Source: Podarcis liolepis (lineage: Eukaryota). From it: a DNA stretch of 64,000 nucleotides. Of this stretch, positions 37,921-51,087 are shown piece by piece. The stretch lies in assembly GCA_965112155.1 (NCBI GenBank), contig OZ218106.1. The stretch is one strand, 5' to 3'. The notes under the pieces are model-generated. The model did no database searches. It was not told the origin of the DNA and worked only from the letters and a program-made list of their open reading frames with translations. Made by a program: the position numbers and the translations under genes. Numbering within the stretch: the first letter of the stretch is position 1; each line of letters begins with the position of its first letter.

Positions 37921-39051
37921 ATCTACACACATACAACAATATTGCACTTTCCAGTACAGTGCAAAAGAAAGGGTGGTCTGGTTTGCACATAACACTAATC
38001 TATGGTTTATTAAGTCATGGCTTGGCGTTATAAGTGAACCCAGCCAAAAGGTTTAGCTATGGGGCATGCTTACTGCTAACAAATCACAATCTGGAAACCA
38101 GGGAGTTGTATCCAGTGTAGTGCTAAGTTAAAGTAACTTAGCAGTATACTTGTTCCAGTGGTGGAACATTGCTGTGCAAGGGAAACAAAAGTACCAGTGC
38201 ACCAGATTGTGCAGTATAAGAGTATACACAAGCACATGGCCAAAGATGGTGGCACAGCAGATTTCACAATCTGTTGTTGTACAACAAGCTTCCACTAGCA
38301 CAACTGTTGCGCTGGATTCCTTTGATGCATAGCTTTTAAACTGCGCCATCTGCTTGCACTAATGGACAGAACACACTGGATACGGCTCAGTGTTTGTTGT
38401 TTGAATACAAACCTTTGATCACAAACCTTATTTTATTTTATTTTATCTTTGGCTTGGTTGTTAACATGTGAACCCAGTCAAACCCCACCCAGTATGTTCA
38501 CCAAATTACAATGGCGCAAAGCAAGCGCGGCTGGAAAACATAACCATATATTAGGACAACTTCTGGTTTGTTAATCAAGCCATAGCTTAGTGGGAACCAG
38601 GCTATTTTTTGTACAGTCTAGACCTCTGACCTAAGGATTTGGGATAGTTCTATGTGTGCTGCATAGGTAATAGTCAAAATCTAGTTAAGATTTATGTGTG
38701 AAAGAGTTACTTTAAAAAAAACAACCCAGCTAGTTACACTGACCCAGATATAAAAGCCTAAAAGTATTTCTAGACCATAAACCATACTGAATAAAAGTGA
38801 AAGGAAATACTGACAGCCTTGCCCTTCAATTTTATTTTAAGGTACCTGGACACCTTTTAAATTTACATGAGCAAATGAGCTATAGAATAGCATTTGAGGG
38901 ATTAATGTATGTCACTTTTGATTACCTCAAGATAAAATATTACAATATAATCCTACCATTTTTACACCATTTACTTGGCATAGTGGCCTTAGAGGAATGA
39001 ACAAATTGACTTTGAGCCAAATGGATTTTTTATGCATATGTGAAGCAGAAC

Positions 39052-39052
<1 letters not shown>

Positions 39053-39105
<53 letters not shown>
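39053..39105 (+). repeat. (CA)n microsatellite
   Basis: About 26 perfect AC units. Confidence 0.97.
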
Positions 39106-39107
<2 letters not shown>

Positions 39108-40552
39108 TAAGCACAGGGTAATTGTTTAATTCCTTCAAACAGGGCTCTTTAATCTCAATAAGAAGTTAAAAAAGACAAAAATATTTTTTGATGATAGCTC
39201 ATGGGCAGCATGAATATTTAGCACATTGTGCATGGACATGCCCCTTACATTAAAGACACTAAGAGAAAAATATAGCTTGTTCCTTTCGTCTAACATTTAC
39301 ATATGTGTTTTGAAAAGAAAAAATAATTTTGCTTATTAAGGAACAGCTTATAATTCATGTTAAATCCAGCTAAAGTTTCCTTCATATGCTCAATAGATAA
39401 GAGCAATATTTCCTTTTTGAAAAATGATATGCCAAATGTTTGAATATATGGTTTCATCTATACCTGCTTAACTCCCTATTCAAATAATCAGGGCTCACAG
39501 TGTAATCCTATACATGTCTACTAAGAATTAAGTACCCTCAGGTTCAATGGAACTTTGATAGAGCTTGACACTATAGAGAGGTACTTAACTTTGACGAAAA
39601 TCTGAAAGGGGGATCCTGGTGCCCTCCAGCTGCTGCTGAACTTCCAGTGCCCACAAGCCCCAGCCAACATGGCTAAAGGTCAGTGATTCCGGGACTTGCA
39701 GTCCAGCAACATCTGGGATTCCACACTCCTAGACTAGATCATTATGTCACTTCTTAGTTTGTGCATTCAGTGAAAAACAAAGAAAGTGAAAGGGTAGTAC
39801 GGAAATGCACTCCTTGAAAGATTCAATGAATGAGTTTTACTCATGTGCAAAGTCTGAGCAATCAACATTATCTGACGCTGATAAGGACTTTTCCTCAAGT
39901 TGGTGACTGAGACTTTCCAGAAGTAATGTCTAGTTTTGTCTTGTCTCATCTGGACTCTTTAGCATGTGACTTGCATCACTTGTTTGAGCCATCTAGGCTG
40001 ATTTGCGCTACAGGCACTTGTATGTAATGCATTTGCTTTCTTCTTGTGCCTTCCTGTGATCTTGCCTGTGGCGAGGGGAATGTTTAGTATTTAAAGTTAT
40101 GTGGTTTTGCTGCCAGCACTACCTCCCACTATAGGTGGGTTGCCATCTCACTTGTGACTCATCAGCTATAACTAAGTGAGGATACACACAGACCTTCATG
40201 TGGGAACCAATGTCTGAAGATGTAGTGAAACTACCTAACAAATTCCTCAGAAGCAGTCTCAGGAAATTGCAGAGAGGTGAAAACTTGAAGACAAGGAAAA
40301 CTCACTTAAAGTTTGACCTGCATGCCATTAATTATGGTCCCCCTAATGTTCACAGTATCTATAAATATCCCCAAGCTACCAACAGTAGATCAACAGCTCT
40401 AAGCTGGATCCAAACCAGAATATCCATTCTGCATTTCAAGGTTATCATTTATACAAGTATGCCCCCAAATATGCAATCCTACAGGAGGAGGGCTAGCAAT
40501 GTGTCATATCCTCTGAAGAGGTGACCTGCAGAAGAAGCTCATATCCACATTA

Positions 40553-40781
40553 CAGTGGTACCTCGGGTTACATGCGCTTCAGGTTACAGACTCCGCTAAC
40601 CCAGAAATAGTGCTTCAGGTTAAGAAGTTTGCTTCAGGATGAGAACAGAAATCGTGCTCTGGCAGCAGGAGGCCCCATTAGCTAAAGTGGTGCTTCAGGT
40701 TAAGAACAGTTTCAGGCTAAGAACAGACCTCTGGAACGAATGAAGTACTTAGAATTAAATACTTAACCCGAGGTACCACTG
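40553..40781. mobile_element. Tc1/mariner (Tigger/pogo-like) MITE, copy 2
   Basis: TIR CAGTGGTACCTCGGGTTA / TAACCCGAGGTACCACTG, TA TSD; same internal orientation as copy 1. Confidence 0.92.
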
Positions 40782-42905
40782 TACTTTTAAAGCATGTTTA
40801 TACCACCCCACTTTAACGGTCATGGCCTTCCCTACAAAGAATTGTGCAAGATGCAGTTTACTCCCTCACAGAGTAACAATTCGCACCCGTAACGAACCAC
40901 AATTTCCAGGATTATTTGGGAGGAACCCGTGTACTTTAAATGGGAGAAAAGGCAACATGTTAAATAAAGGAGTGCACAAAGGCAGCATATTGCTTCTCTC
41001 TTCTAGACCAGCCGGTCATGCATCACCCAAAGAGAGGATAAGAATTTGCACAAATTTCCCATATGGTCATCTATAAATATAGACACATATTTTAAGGGGA
41101 ATACAATACACCTCACCATAGCGTGGCAGACACTGGGTGATTTGTGTACCTGCTTGGACCGCAGGCCACAAGCTGCTAACTGTTGATGAGCTCCTGTTGT
41201 TATGGTTCTTCATCTTTAAACTAGACTTGGACTGGACAGCCTTCAAAATAGAGAGTGCTGTCCTCCACAGTGCATGGCCACCCTACTGTCTTCTGCCAAC
41301 CCCATTTTACTCCTTGGTACTTGAGAATGTCCCATGGCCGAGTGTGCATGTGTGTCTAGAAATTAGGCACTATGGCAGAGATTCAAGGGCTCTAGATTTT
41401 GGCAAGTCAAAACATCCTGTGATGCTCTACCCCCCACTCAATGAAGTGATAACAAAGGGATCTCAGTATGAAATCATGCGAGATCATAGCACCCAAAATG
41501 GCTGCTGTGCTCTTGTGAGAGAAAACAGGATGGGACAACACTTTTTTTTCTGGGACACTTGTGGGGTATGCTATCAGCCCTATATTCAAAAGACTTCAAA
41601 ACTTCACATCTCAAAATATGAATACACTTTCCAAAGGTGAACTGTTACCAGTTAGGCTCCAAAGTAAATGATGTTTCTAAAATATTGAGCATCCAACAGT
41701 TCCCATTCTGTCACTGTCCACCTTTCAAAAGAGCTCAGGGCATGTGAGCGAAGTTAGACCTATCAGGCTTGATATTTAAAGTATCGTGTGAGTTATTGAT
41801 TTAACTAAGAATGATAGTACATCAGATTGCAGCATGCCAAAAAATTTAAAGGGCTGGAATTCACCAACATGTTGGAAGCACTGTGACATTTGGGAAGCTG
41901 CTCACCTCTCATTTATCTATGTCGCCATCACCTTCCTCAAGTCTGGAAATATCCTCAGTATTATGCTTCGTCTTTTCATTTCTCATTGACTCAAGATGTG
42001 TTGACTTTCAGCCATTAATTAATATAAATAGGAAGCAGACAGTGCATTAATTAAATATGACACTCAGATTATTTAAATCTGATATTAAAAACCCACAAAG
42101 ATCATTCAGGCCATTCTGATATTCTGCTTTCCCAAAATGAGTGATTATATCAAGCCCTGGCAACTTGCTCCAAGTCTGCTGCATCTTGGCTCCAAAGGAC
42201 AGAAGGAATAAATGAAGTGAGAAGAACACTGGAAAAGCCTAATAGACAAACTGACTAATCTCACACCCCAAGGTCATAGCAAAGCAATTCATTCTCTGTA
42301 TTCCAACAGGCACTAGACATGATTTATCAATCTGAGAGTAGGCTTACAAACACTATACATCTCAATAATACATTCTTTGCACAGTGTAACTTTTTAAACA
42401 ATGATTGATTACCTGGATGGCCTCAAACTTATTTAACAAATGGAAACAGAACATTTGCAAACTTTCATGTTTAAACAAGGAATTGCTCTATGTACATTTT
42501 GCCACAAATTCTAGCAAGGATTTATGACAAAGGAATTTTTGAGAAACTGTTTCCAGCTTTAGCTTTGATAGATATTGAAGAATTTTTGCCCTTGGGTCTC
42601 TCCATTTTATTTATGTTTAGGCCCTTACTCTTTTATAGTGACAACACTGGAATTTTCACCTAAACGCTAAATAATTACAGCACTTTCCTGAAATTTCATT
42701 TTTAAGGTTTCATGTCTCCCCTTAATGTTGCCTATTGTTTTAATTTTAAAATGCCCTAAAATGTGTACAAATAGATGTTTTTAAGCAGGTAGTTCATGTA
42801 CTTCATTATGTGAATCAACAGCTTGCACCATTCATTACTGGGTCATTGTTCTTCATTCACTTCATTCAATTATTTCGTTATTGTATTCTTCATTAATTTA
42901 TAATT

Positions 42906-43103
42906 GAAAGGCTGTAACTCAGTGGCAGAGCACATGCTTTGCATGAAAAAGGTCCCAGGTTCAGGCATCTCCAGGTAGGCTGAGAAAAACTCCTATCTAA
43001 AAATCCAGCAGAGCCGCACTGTCAGTCGGTGTTGAAAATACTGAACTAGACGAACCAATAGTCTCACTCTGTGTGTTCTGTATGCAGCATCCTATGTTCC
43101 TAT
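42906..43103 (+). mobile_element. tRNA-headed SINE with CR1-like tail (Squam2-like)
   Basis: TAACTCAGTGGCAGAGCACATGCTTTGCATG..GGTTCAGG.. ending CCTATGTTCCTAT. Confidence 0.75.
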
Positions 43104-45475
43104 CCTGTGTAATTATCCTTTTTAGGGGTCATGGATTAGCCCAAGTCACATGAGAAACCAGGAAATAACAAACACCAATACACCCAAGTGGTATATTCCT
43201 TATGCAGCTTTCACAAATATCCTAAATCAAAGTGTAGTGATGTATTAAACCTCAAATACACCTGGATTTAATTTGTGAATTCCAAACTAGCCTATGTTTT
43301 CTACTCTTGTACAGCAAAATGTTTTGAAGAAATGAATGCCTAAAAGTTTACATTCCAGTTTATCCCATGCTTACTTTGGAGAGTTGACTGTAACAGACAA
43401 AATGACACAACAATCTACTACAAAGACAAATGTGATGAGTTATGCTATACTTTCCCCCCATTAATGTCCCAGGAAATATATTTGCACCAATGTTTCCAGT
43501 TATGAACAGTGACTTCTAAGCTACAACGTTGAGATCAGTTCCTAGAAATTTCCCTTAATAAGCAACAAAGTTGGTATATAGTGCAATAGAGAAATCTCGT
43601 GATGGTTTCCACATCCCAATACTCCATATAACAAACTCAAAGGAACTGGTCCTTCCAATATGCTTGTTGCAGCATAGGTAGGATGAAGGTCTAAAACATA
43701 CATGAGGGAGGGGAATACAATATAATGCCATTGTCAATTAGGACAGCCTTGACAAGGTTAAGGTTTCCCAAAACACTAGTATTCTGATAAATGCAACACT
43801 GGTTATGGACAGCTGCCCAGTCATGAATTCCAAAGATGGACTTTTGCAACTCAGTATCTGCCACCCTCATCTCTTTTCATTGGATAAACAGAAAACACAA
43901 CCTGTTTGTACGGGATTGTTTCAAGTGAAGCAAGCAAGGAAAAATTGAATATGGCAAGCTAAAGCAGTCGCAGATATAATTCTGCAAATGATTCCACATA
44001 TCCCTGTACCAAATTACTGATTCAACATCTCCCCATGCCATGGAGATTTACTATTTTGAGGTGCAAATATCTGTGTTTGCCACATAGTTCTTTTCAGGCA
44101 CTCTGTCACCCTAAATGTTGCAGAAGGTTAATTATCACTGTTTGAGCATGAACTGATTATAGGAATACCAGCTGCCAGTTATTCTACATGGTGAAGTGCA
44201 CCTGGAAACATACAACTGTGACTGATTTTGAGGCAAACATTTACTTTGGCACGGCACGAGACAGAAGGATTCATTATACACTTCCTTGTTCCAGGCAGTA
44301 ATTTGCATCTACAGCTCTTCACAAAATATTACAAATTACACATCTGGAAGAATTATAATCCTTTTTTATTGCAATAGCAACAGTTCCACAATGATGTTCT
44401 ACAGAGAAGTCCTGTTTACAGTGTGAACTTCTGTGGGAGATTTAAATAAAACACCTACAGCAAAGCAAACAAGATAGTGATACAAAACTGCCTGTGGCTA
44501 TGAGCTTCAAAACCTGCCTGTTCAAATAATTAAGCTCTGCATCTCCAGTTGTTCAGCATTAGAGGCCTCATCCAAAGATGAATGAAGCCAATAAAAAGAC
44601 TAGCTATGATTTTTATTGGGTGTTGGTGCTGAGCTGTTGAATCATCAAGCACCTTTCCTCCACTTGAGTCAGAGAAGCACTTCACTCCTCTGTGTTGCTG
44701 GAAAAATTTCTCAACTATTTGGGATGCAGATGTGCTGATAGAATCTTATGCTGCATCTTCCCATTAGTGCATATAGAAACTAAATTTAAAGTACTAACCA
44801 CTGCTTGATTTAATTGGTTCTGTGTCAGGACTCTAACGAAGCCAACACTTCTGATTTACTACAAAGGCTTCTGTTTGTATCACAAGTAGTAACTGGAGGG
44901 AGTCTGCTTATGGTTACTTCAATAATCCTGAAAAAAAATTTCTACATTCTAACTTCATATGGAGAATACTTCCCCGAATGCAGAATTAAACACATTGTCT
45001 TCCACTTTATTTTCCATTAATAGCATTCATCTGAATATTTTACAGTACCCCAATGGCTTTCTAACAAGAGAGAAGCAACAATGCATATGTGCAGCAACAC
45101 TCTGTCAAATTCTAGCTAGTCTACATTTTTTCTAGGTATTATCCATTTTGGCTGAAATAGCCAGATAAATGTGATAGCATGGGGCTCACATAGCAATGCA
45201 CCTAATGCGGGTTGAGCACACTGACAGCACAATGATATAGCCTGCCTACACAGAATGAAGGGCGACAGCATCACCCTTGCATCAAAGAGCTGCCAGCATA
45301 TCAGGACAGCAGATAACTGTATATTCAGAAGCATAACAAGGCCATGTAGGGGGGAAATATGCAACCCTACACATCAGAGTTGGAGAACTTTTATTACCCT
45401 GAGACCCACATTTCCTCAAGGGTAACCTTCTGGGGCCAGAGTCACATTCACATAACATCCACACAAATCCATTTA

Positions 45476-45530
45476 GTAAAGGTAAAGGTAAAAGGCCCCT
45501 AGACAGTTAAGTCCAGTCAAAGGCAACTAT
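45476..45530 (-). mobile_element. Sauria SINE 3' tail fragment
   Basis: GTAAAGGTAAAGGTAAAAGGCCCCTAGACAGTTAAGTCCAGTC. Confidence 0.7.
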
Positions 45531-45641
45531 ACATCCATTCAGTATAACCTCCATCCACAAACAGCAGTTACATGGAACACTTCCATGGATGTATTCCACG
45601 GGACAAATTTAAATTGGGCCTTAGTGTGCTGAGATCACATT

Positions 45642-45652
45642 ATGACTGAGCA
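45642..45652 (+). promoter_or_regulatory. Candidate NRF2/sMAF antioxidant response element, intron 6
   Basis: ATGACTGAGCA fits RTGACnnnGCA; motif match only. Confidence 0.35.
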
Positions 45653-46027
45653 ACCTTATACACAGCAAATCAACATTTAAATATGCCATGAAATCTGCAT
45701 TCAAAGCTTTATCCTTTCCCAGTGACATGTCAGAGGCATCCATTCAATGTTTCCCATAGAAAATTGCTGACATGCTGTAAATGGGGAGAACTACTTTCTT
45801 TTTGTCTTCAGTACACAAGAAAAGATATACACCTACGCAGGTCAGGTCGAACTAATAATTAGCAAAATTTCAAACAAAAGTGTATTCAAACTGATATCAT
45901 CATTGCAAGGAGAAAGCAACCTGACTGGCATGCAAGATTAGCTGAAAGAGCATAATTTATTTTCTAGAGCAGTGGGACTTTTAAGATCAGTTTTTTTTAA
46001 GAAAAGGAAGTGAGGGGAAGAACATAC

Positions 46028-46072
46028 CTTTCTGGATTCTCTACTTCTTCAGTAACAAAATTGAGGTAAAAC
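46028..46072 (-). CDS. SLC7A11: SLC7A11 coding exon 6
   Basis: 45 nt, ttatag|...|gtatgt; FYLNFVTEEVENPE(R). Confidence 0.97.
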
Positions 46073-46350
46073 CTATAAAAGCAAAGATTAAATCAATTTT
46101 ATTTACCAATATAGAATTTTTCACATGCAATATAATTGTTACTTAATACTCATAATAACTCTGTACAGCAGATTAGGCTTTTGAGTACACCTCAGAGTGC
46201 CCAAAAATCTCCCATAAAATTGTAAGTGGGCCCCACCGCAGGAAAAGTCAGTTAGGCTACAATCCTATATTCACTCATCCTGAAATAAGTCCCATTGAAC
46301 TTAGTGGGAGGCCTATGTCAGGGAAGACACATACAAGAGTGCACTGTCAA

Positions 46351-46515
46351 GCTGCCTCATACAAAGTGCAACCACCGGTTCATTTAGATAGCCATTGTCT
46401 TCTGCATTGACCTGAGTATCTCTCTAGGATTTCAGACAGGAGTCTCTTGCAGTCCTACCTTGAGATGCCAGGGATTGAATTTGGGACCCTCTGCATACAA
46501 AGCATACGCCAGAGC
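46351..46515 (-). mobile_element. tRNA-headed SINE with CR1-like tail (Squam2-like), intron 5
   Basis: GAGATGCCAGGGATTGAA..GGGACCCTCTGCATACAAAGCA, similar to the copy at 2300. Confidence 0.65.
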
Positions 46516-46671
46516 ACTTACATCTATCTCATAAGCTTAACATCTATATCATAGACTCCTGCCATGCTCCAAGTTTACAGAGGGCATCGGTTTGGCTGAG
46601 ATTTACCTAATAGCATATTGAGCATACAATGGTCAGGCATTCAATGTAATCTAACCTGTCATACCACTTAC

Positions 46672-46771
46672 CAGCCTGAGTAGGCATACATTCCTGAATA
46701 AAAAGCAAGAGGCAATCCTTTGACACTGGCTGCATTCCCCACAAATGCATCTTTAAAGTGCTGAGTTTCTC
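46672..46771 (-). CDS. SLC7A11: SLC7A11 coding exon 5
   Basis: 100 nt, tttcag|...|gtaagt; ETQHFKDAFVGNAASVKGLPLAFYSGMYAYSG(W). Confidence 0.97.
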
Positions 46772-46917
46772 CTGAAAAGCAGATTAAAATATATATCAAC
46801 AATTTACAAAGAGTGCAAATCACCAGCATAATCACCCATGAGAAAGATCCATTTATTGTTTTTCTTTAAAAAATCATTCTAATTCCTGTTTAGTAATCAG
46901 CCCCTCATACTTTAGAC

Positions 46918-47272
46918 CAGAGGTTGTCAACCTGATCCCTACCGCCCACTAGTGGGAGTTTCAGGATTCTAGGTGGGCAGTAGGGGGTTCCACGGCACAA
47001 GCTGAATCCTCCTTCCATTGAGCACCAGTGGGCGGTAAGGAAATTCTACCATCAAGAAAGATGCATTAGTGGGCAGTAGGTATAAAAAGGTTGACTACCT
47101 CCGTGCGCTGCTCTGGTTCACCAGAAGCGGCTCAGTCATGCTGGCCACATGACCCGGAAGCTGTACGCCGGCTCCCTCGGCCAATAAAGCGAGATGAGCG
47201 CCGTAACCCCTGAGTCGGTCACGACTGGACTTAATGGTCAGGGGTCCTTTTACCTTTACCTTTTTACCCCTG
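46918..47272. mobile_element. hAT MITE with right TIR interrupted by a Sauria SINE
   Basis: Left TIR CAGAGGTTGTCAACCT; right TIR split AGGTTGACTACC[SINE]TACCCCTG; left flank CTTTAGAC, right flank CTTTA(AGTTTA)GAC. Confidence 0.8.
47100..47264 (+). mobile_element. 5'-truncated young Sauria SINE
   Basis: CCGTGCGCTGCTCTGGTT..CATGACCCGGAAGCTGTACGCCGGCTCCCTCGGCC..(ACCTTT)n; CpG-rich. Confidence 0.92.
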
Positions 47273-48544
47273 CTTTAAGTTTAGACAAATGGGACATCAG
47301 AAGCATGTGAAGAGAGGCATCCTTCTGTTGGCTGGCTACAAATGAGCACCTTCTGGCTACAAATGAACACCATCCAGGGACTTCAACAAAGCTCTTGCAA
47401 CTTTGCAATAAATGTCACAGATCAGGTAAGAGATAACATATACAAGAAGTAACAACTACTGAAACACTGGATACAAAAGTAGTGCCTTTGATTAACAAGG
47501 GCATAATCATTCAATCTAATGGCTATACTCTTGCAGGTGTTTCACATACTACATGACACACAATAATTAGCAAAAGCTACATTATATTTAAGCAAACACC
47601 AGTACCATCAGAACCAACACCTAAGGGTAAACATATTAGAAATAGGCCCCAGGAGGTGGCTACAAACATATAACAGGCTGTATGTCCCACAGCTGTTTGG
47701 AATATTTACCCTTTCACCCTAATTCCCAGTGAAGACTGTTTTGAAAGCAGTTCTGCTAATTTTTAAGAACAGCTAACAAGAAAACCTACTGACAAAACAA
47801 TTCCTTCCTCGTGAGCACACGCAGTTATACTTACAGAACGCAGTTCCCCAACTTTCTACTTCAGAAGGGGGGGGGGGTGGAGTGGCAGAATTCCAAAAAC
47901 ATATGTTTGCTTAAAGCTATATCTACCACAACGTATAACAGAAAATTGTCAGAAAATTTGCTACGGGCATTATTTGGACATTGCGAACACATCCTGTAAT
48001 ATTTTAGCAATTTTCTTCCAGCACAGTTAATTTGTTTTCCCTACTATTAATCTACAGTAGAACTGAGGGAGGCCTATTGCTCAATCAAGGCTCAGCTAGG
48101 AAAGGAATATATTGACAGTCCCTTCAGTCTAGGAAGATCCGGTGGTGAGCCTGGGTGGGTGGGGTCAGTTTGGCAGGCTCTTCACTAAGAAGGCTGTCAT
48201 GTGAAGTTCAGTGGTTCAGCACAGGGAGTAGCCATGCCCCAATTCCAGCAGCTCCTGGGGCTTTTCAGCTTCCCTTTTCCTCCTTCATATGCAAAGTAGG
48301 CAAATATGAAACTTCCATTTACATTTTGGAACAAACTGCAGTTTTCAATGATGTCCAAATATGGAAAATTGTGAGAAGTTTGTCATAACATAGTTTCAAA
48401 TCATGGTTTGTTAATTTACTGCAGCCTATACAAACCATGGTTCTTGTATTTGGATGTAACAGGAAATTGCAGTTTGTTCCAATACAATAACAGTTATTCA
48501 CATTATATCCATAAACATGTGGTATTAAAAACAGCTGGCACATT

Positions 48545-48609
48545 GTGCTTGGCAGGGGGTTGGACTCGATGGCCCTTGTGGTCTCTTCCAACTCTATGAT
48601 TCTATGATT
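48545..48609 (+). mobile_element. CR1 3' terminus
   Basis: GGCAGGGGGTTGGACTCGATGGCCCTTGTGGTCTCTTCCAACTCTATGATTCTATGATT. Confidence 0.8.
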
Positions 48610-49874
48610 ATCTTATTAGATTCAAAGTAACTCTTAATTAAAAGAATTAGCCATCTGTTTAAACAGCATAGAGGAATAAGCTGAGAAAAGTTTTGAAAGT
48701 GAAAGCCAATCAGTGGGAATATAAACCTGAAGGAAGAAGCTGGAAAATTTTAAATCAAGAGTTTGGCTGTGTTTGGATGTAACTCATAACCACAGTTTAG
48801 CATTATGAAAATAACTCTACATGTGCCTTGGTTCACACAATCCTCCTCCTTTCCTCCTTTCTCATGGTCAAATGAAGGAAAGTGGAAACTTCTACCCTTC
48901 TTTTAGATTAACCACAGGTTAGCCTGTTGTGCAGTTAGTTGAAACAAGTCAGATTTAAAAGCTATTGTTTGAACTTGGCTTGTTTCATCTATCCATAGGC
49001 CACTAATCACCATTTGTCTGGGTTTGGATTGCACAAGAAGATGTATTTAAAACCTTTTAAAAGTCAGAGGTTTACACAGACACATCTCTCTATTCAGAGA
49101 AACAACAGGAATGATGGCAGTTCAAGAAACACAGTCCAGAGAGGTAGAAGCATTTGAGGAAGACCTCAAGGGCTGAATTTGCCCCATGGGTTTGAAGTCC
49201 CCTCCAGCCCTGTTCTAAATTATACAGCAAGAAGCATTCAATGGTGCACGCGCCCCCTCCAAGCCGCCTGGTTGGGCGCTTATCCGTGGGCATGGTGCAC
49301 CAGCCAGGTGAGTGGGGGGCAGGGGGCTAACGCCCCCTGCATGAGGCAGGCATCGGATCCCGCCCACAACCCCTCCCCTCTTGCAGGAGGAAAGGCTTTT
49401 TGCAATGGAATTTGATAAATGAAGAACATTGTGGAAGAGTTTTGCTCACAGATTATGTATTGTCTTCTAAGTGTGTGTGTGTGTGTCCGCGCATGCGTGT
49501 GTGCGTGTGCGCATACACACAGAGAGCTAAATGGAAAACAGTATAAATAGTTGTTTGAATGTCCTATCGGAAGTTCCGTTCCAATGCATTTACCCTCCTA
49601 ATATTTTTTTTCTTGAGAGGAGCAACTCATTGGCCCTTCATTTAAAACATTATGGATCCAGCCTCAATACGCTCTCATCAGCATGCTGCTGTAAATATAA
49701 GTTCTTCTCAGCATAGTTCCACTTCCAGTTATTTACATGACAGTATGGAGCTTAAGTTGAACAAGCAGAGACTAATTAAGAGATTTTGCCGGCCTCAGCA
49801 CTATATGGGTAGGGACAAGGGTGGGAAGGGGGAGATAAAAGCACTTAAAATAGCATTTACTTTTCACTTCATAC

Positions 49875-50000
49875 CTTTAATTAGCTGCATAACTCCAGGG
49901 ACTATAATTATCAAAATTGCTACGAGCTTGCAAAAGGTTAGGAAAATCTGGATGCGGGCACTCCAGCTGACACTCATGCTATTCAGGACCATTACAATTG
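49875..50000 (-). CDS. SLC7A11: SLC7A11 coding exon 4
   Basis: 126 nt, ttccag|...|gtatga; [41 protein letters not shown](G). Confidence 0.98.
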
Positions 50001-50829
50001 CTGGAAGGGGGAAAAGAAGAGAAAATAGTTAAAAGAAAGTGCTACTCATCCCTCCAAAAGCACCATAAGCTTCATCAAGGGAAAGCTTTCCCCAGCATGC
50101 ATTCTAGGCATTTGCAGAAGAAGTGGAGTTACCCTTATAAACGTTTCCTTCATTAGTCTTCTTGCCACACACTTTTTTTCATCATCCCACTCTCCTCAAC
50201 ATGCCTTTGCTAAAGCACTCCTTTCCCCCCACCACCACTGCCGTTCTACCAGCCATAAATCTCTTTGCAAGCTTTCAACAGCAGATATTAAAGTTTCTTC
50301 CTTCCTGGCAGAACCATTCAGTGTTGATAATTGATGAACTGGTATAACTCAGCCTTTAAACTGAAAATTAATGTCACTTTCCCATTTAAGTTGTAATCTT
50401 TGGTTTGATTTAACTGCAGATTTGTATGGCATTGAAAACATTGAACAATGGAATAAAACAATCAGAGTGCCAAATCCTCGCAATTATGGGCCCTGCAAAA
50501 CATTGCCCTTTGGGCTCAATGTTCGCATTCATTTCTTCTCCTAAAGGTTCTGTGTGGTTTCCTCTAGAGAGATGCCTTGGGGAATGTGCATTCAGCAAGG
50601 TGGTTATAAGGAACCTTTCAGCTCTCTTGGGGAGCCTGAATTACTTCCATATTCTTAAGTATGAATAAGTACATGAGCAAAAGACTATTACCTACTAAGT
50701 TACATCAGTTTTGTATCAGTTCAACTGTAATGACATTTTCCAAAGAACACTGGGAAATCTGGAAGGAATTCCCCAGAGTTTCTTGGGCAGAGGGAATGAC
50801 TTAAAAAAAAATATGTTTCCATCTGATGA

Positions 50830-50990
50830 ATTAATTTGTTTGTTTTCTTGCATCTGTATCCTGCCTTTCTTCCCTCTAGAACCTAAGGCAGAATTCCCTG
50901 TGGTTACCAGGTCGTCTCCCATCCAGGTACTGACCAGGTCCAGACATGCTTAGCTTTAGCAAGCAGGTGACTTCAAGTGCCTTCACATGT
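50830..50990 (-). mobile_element. 5S rRNA-derived SINE (SINE3-type) or 5S pseudogene with LINE-like tail
   Basis: Minus strand AAGCTAAGCATGTCTGGACCTGGTCAGTACCTGGATGGGAGACGACCTGG aligns to the 5S internal control region; followed by GAAAGGCAGGATACAGATGC..AAACAAACAAAT. Confidence 0.7.
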
Positions 50991-51059
50991 CTGAGACACA
51001 CGCACTTCTCCCTACCCTATGTGCATGGTGATACAATTACTTGTAGTTGTTATTTAATA

Positions 51060-51087
51060 ATCATCATCATCATCATCATCATCATCA
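51060..51087 (+). repeat. (ATC)n microsatellite
   Basis: About 9 ATC units. Confidence 0.9.

Noticed and set aside
41137-41640. 167-aa plus-strand ORF, and a possible minus-strand cryptic exon (about 41117-41356)
   Set aside because: No domain similarity; the minus strand has stops and looks more like a decayed RTE-type LINE end; no support for exon use
49241-49380. CpG-rich patch with repeated ATGGTGCAC
   Set aside because: Probably a TE fragment, but no TIR/TSD boundaries or family could be established
50895-50960. Functional 5S rRNA gene
   Set aside because: Partial, diverged, not in an array
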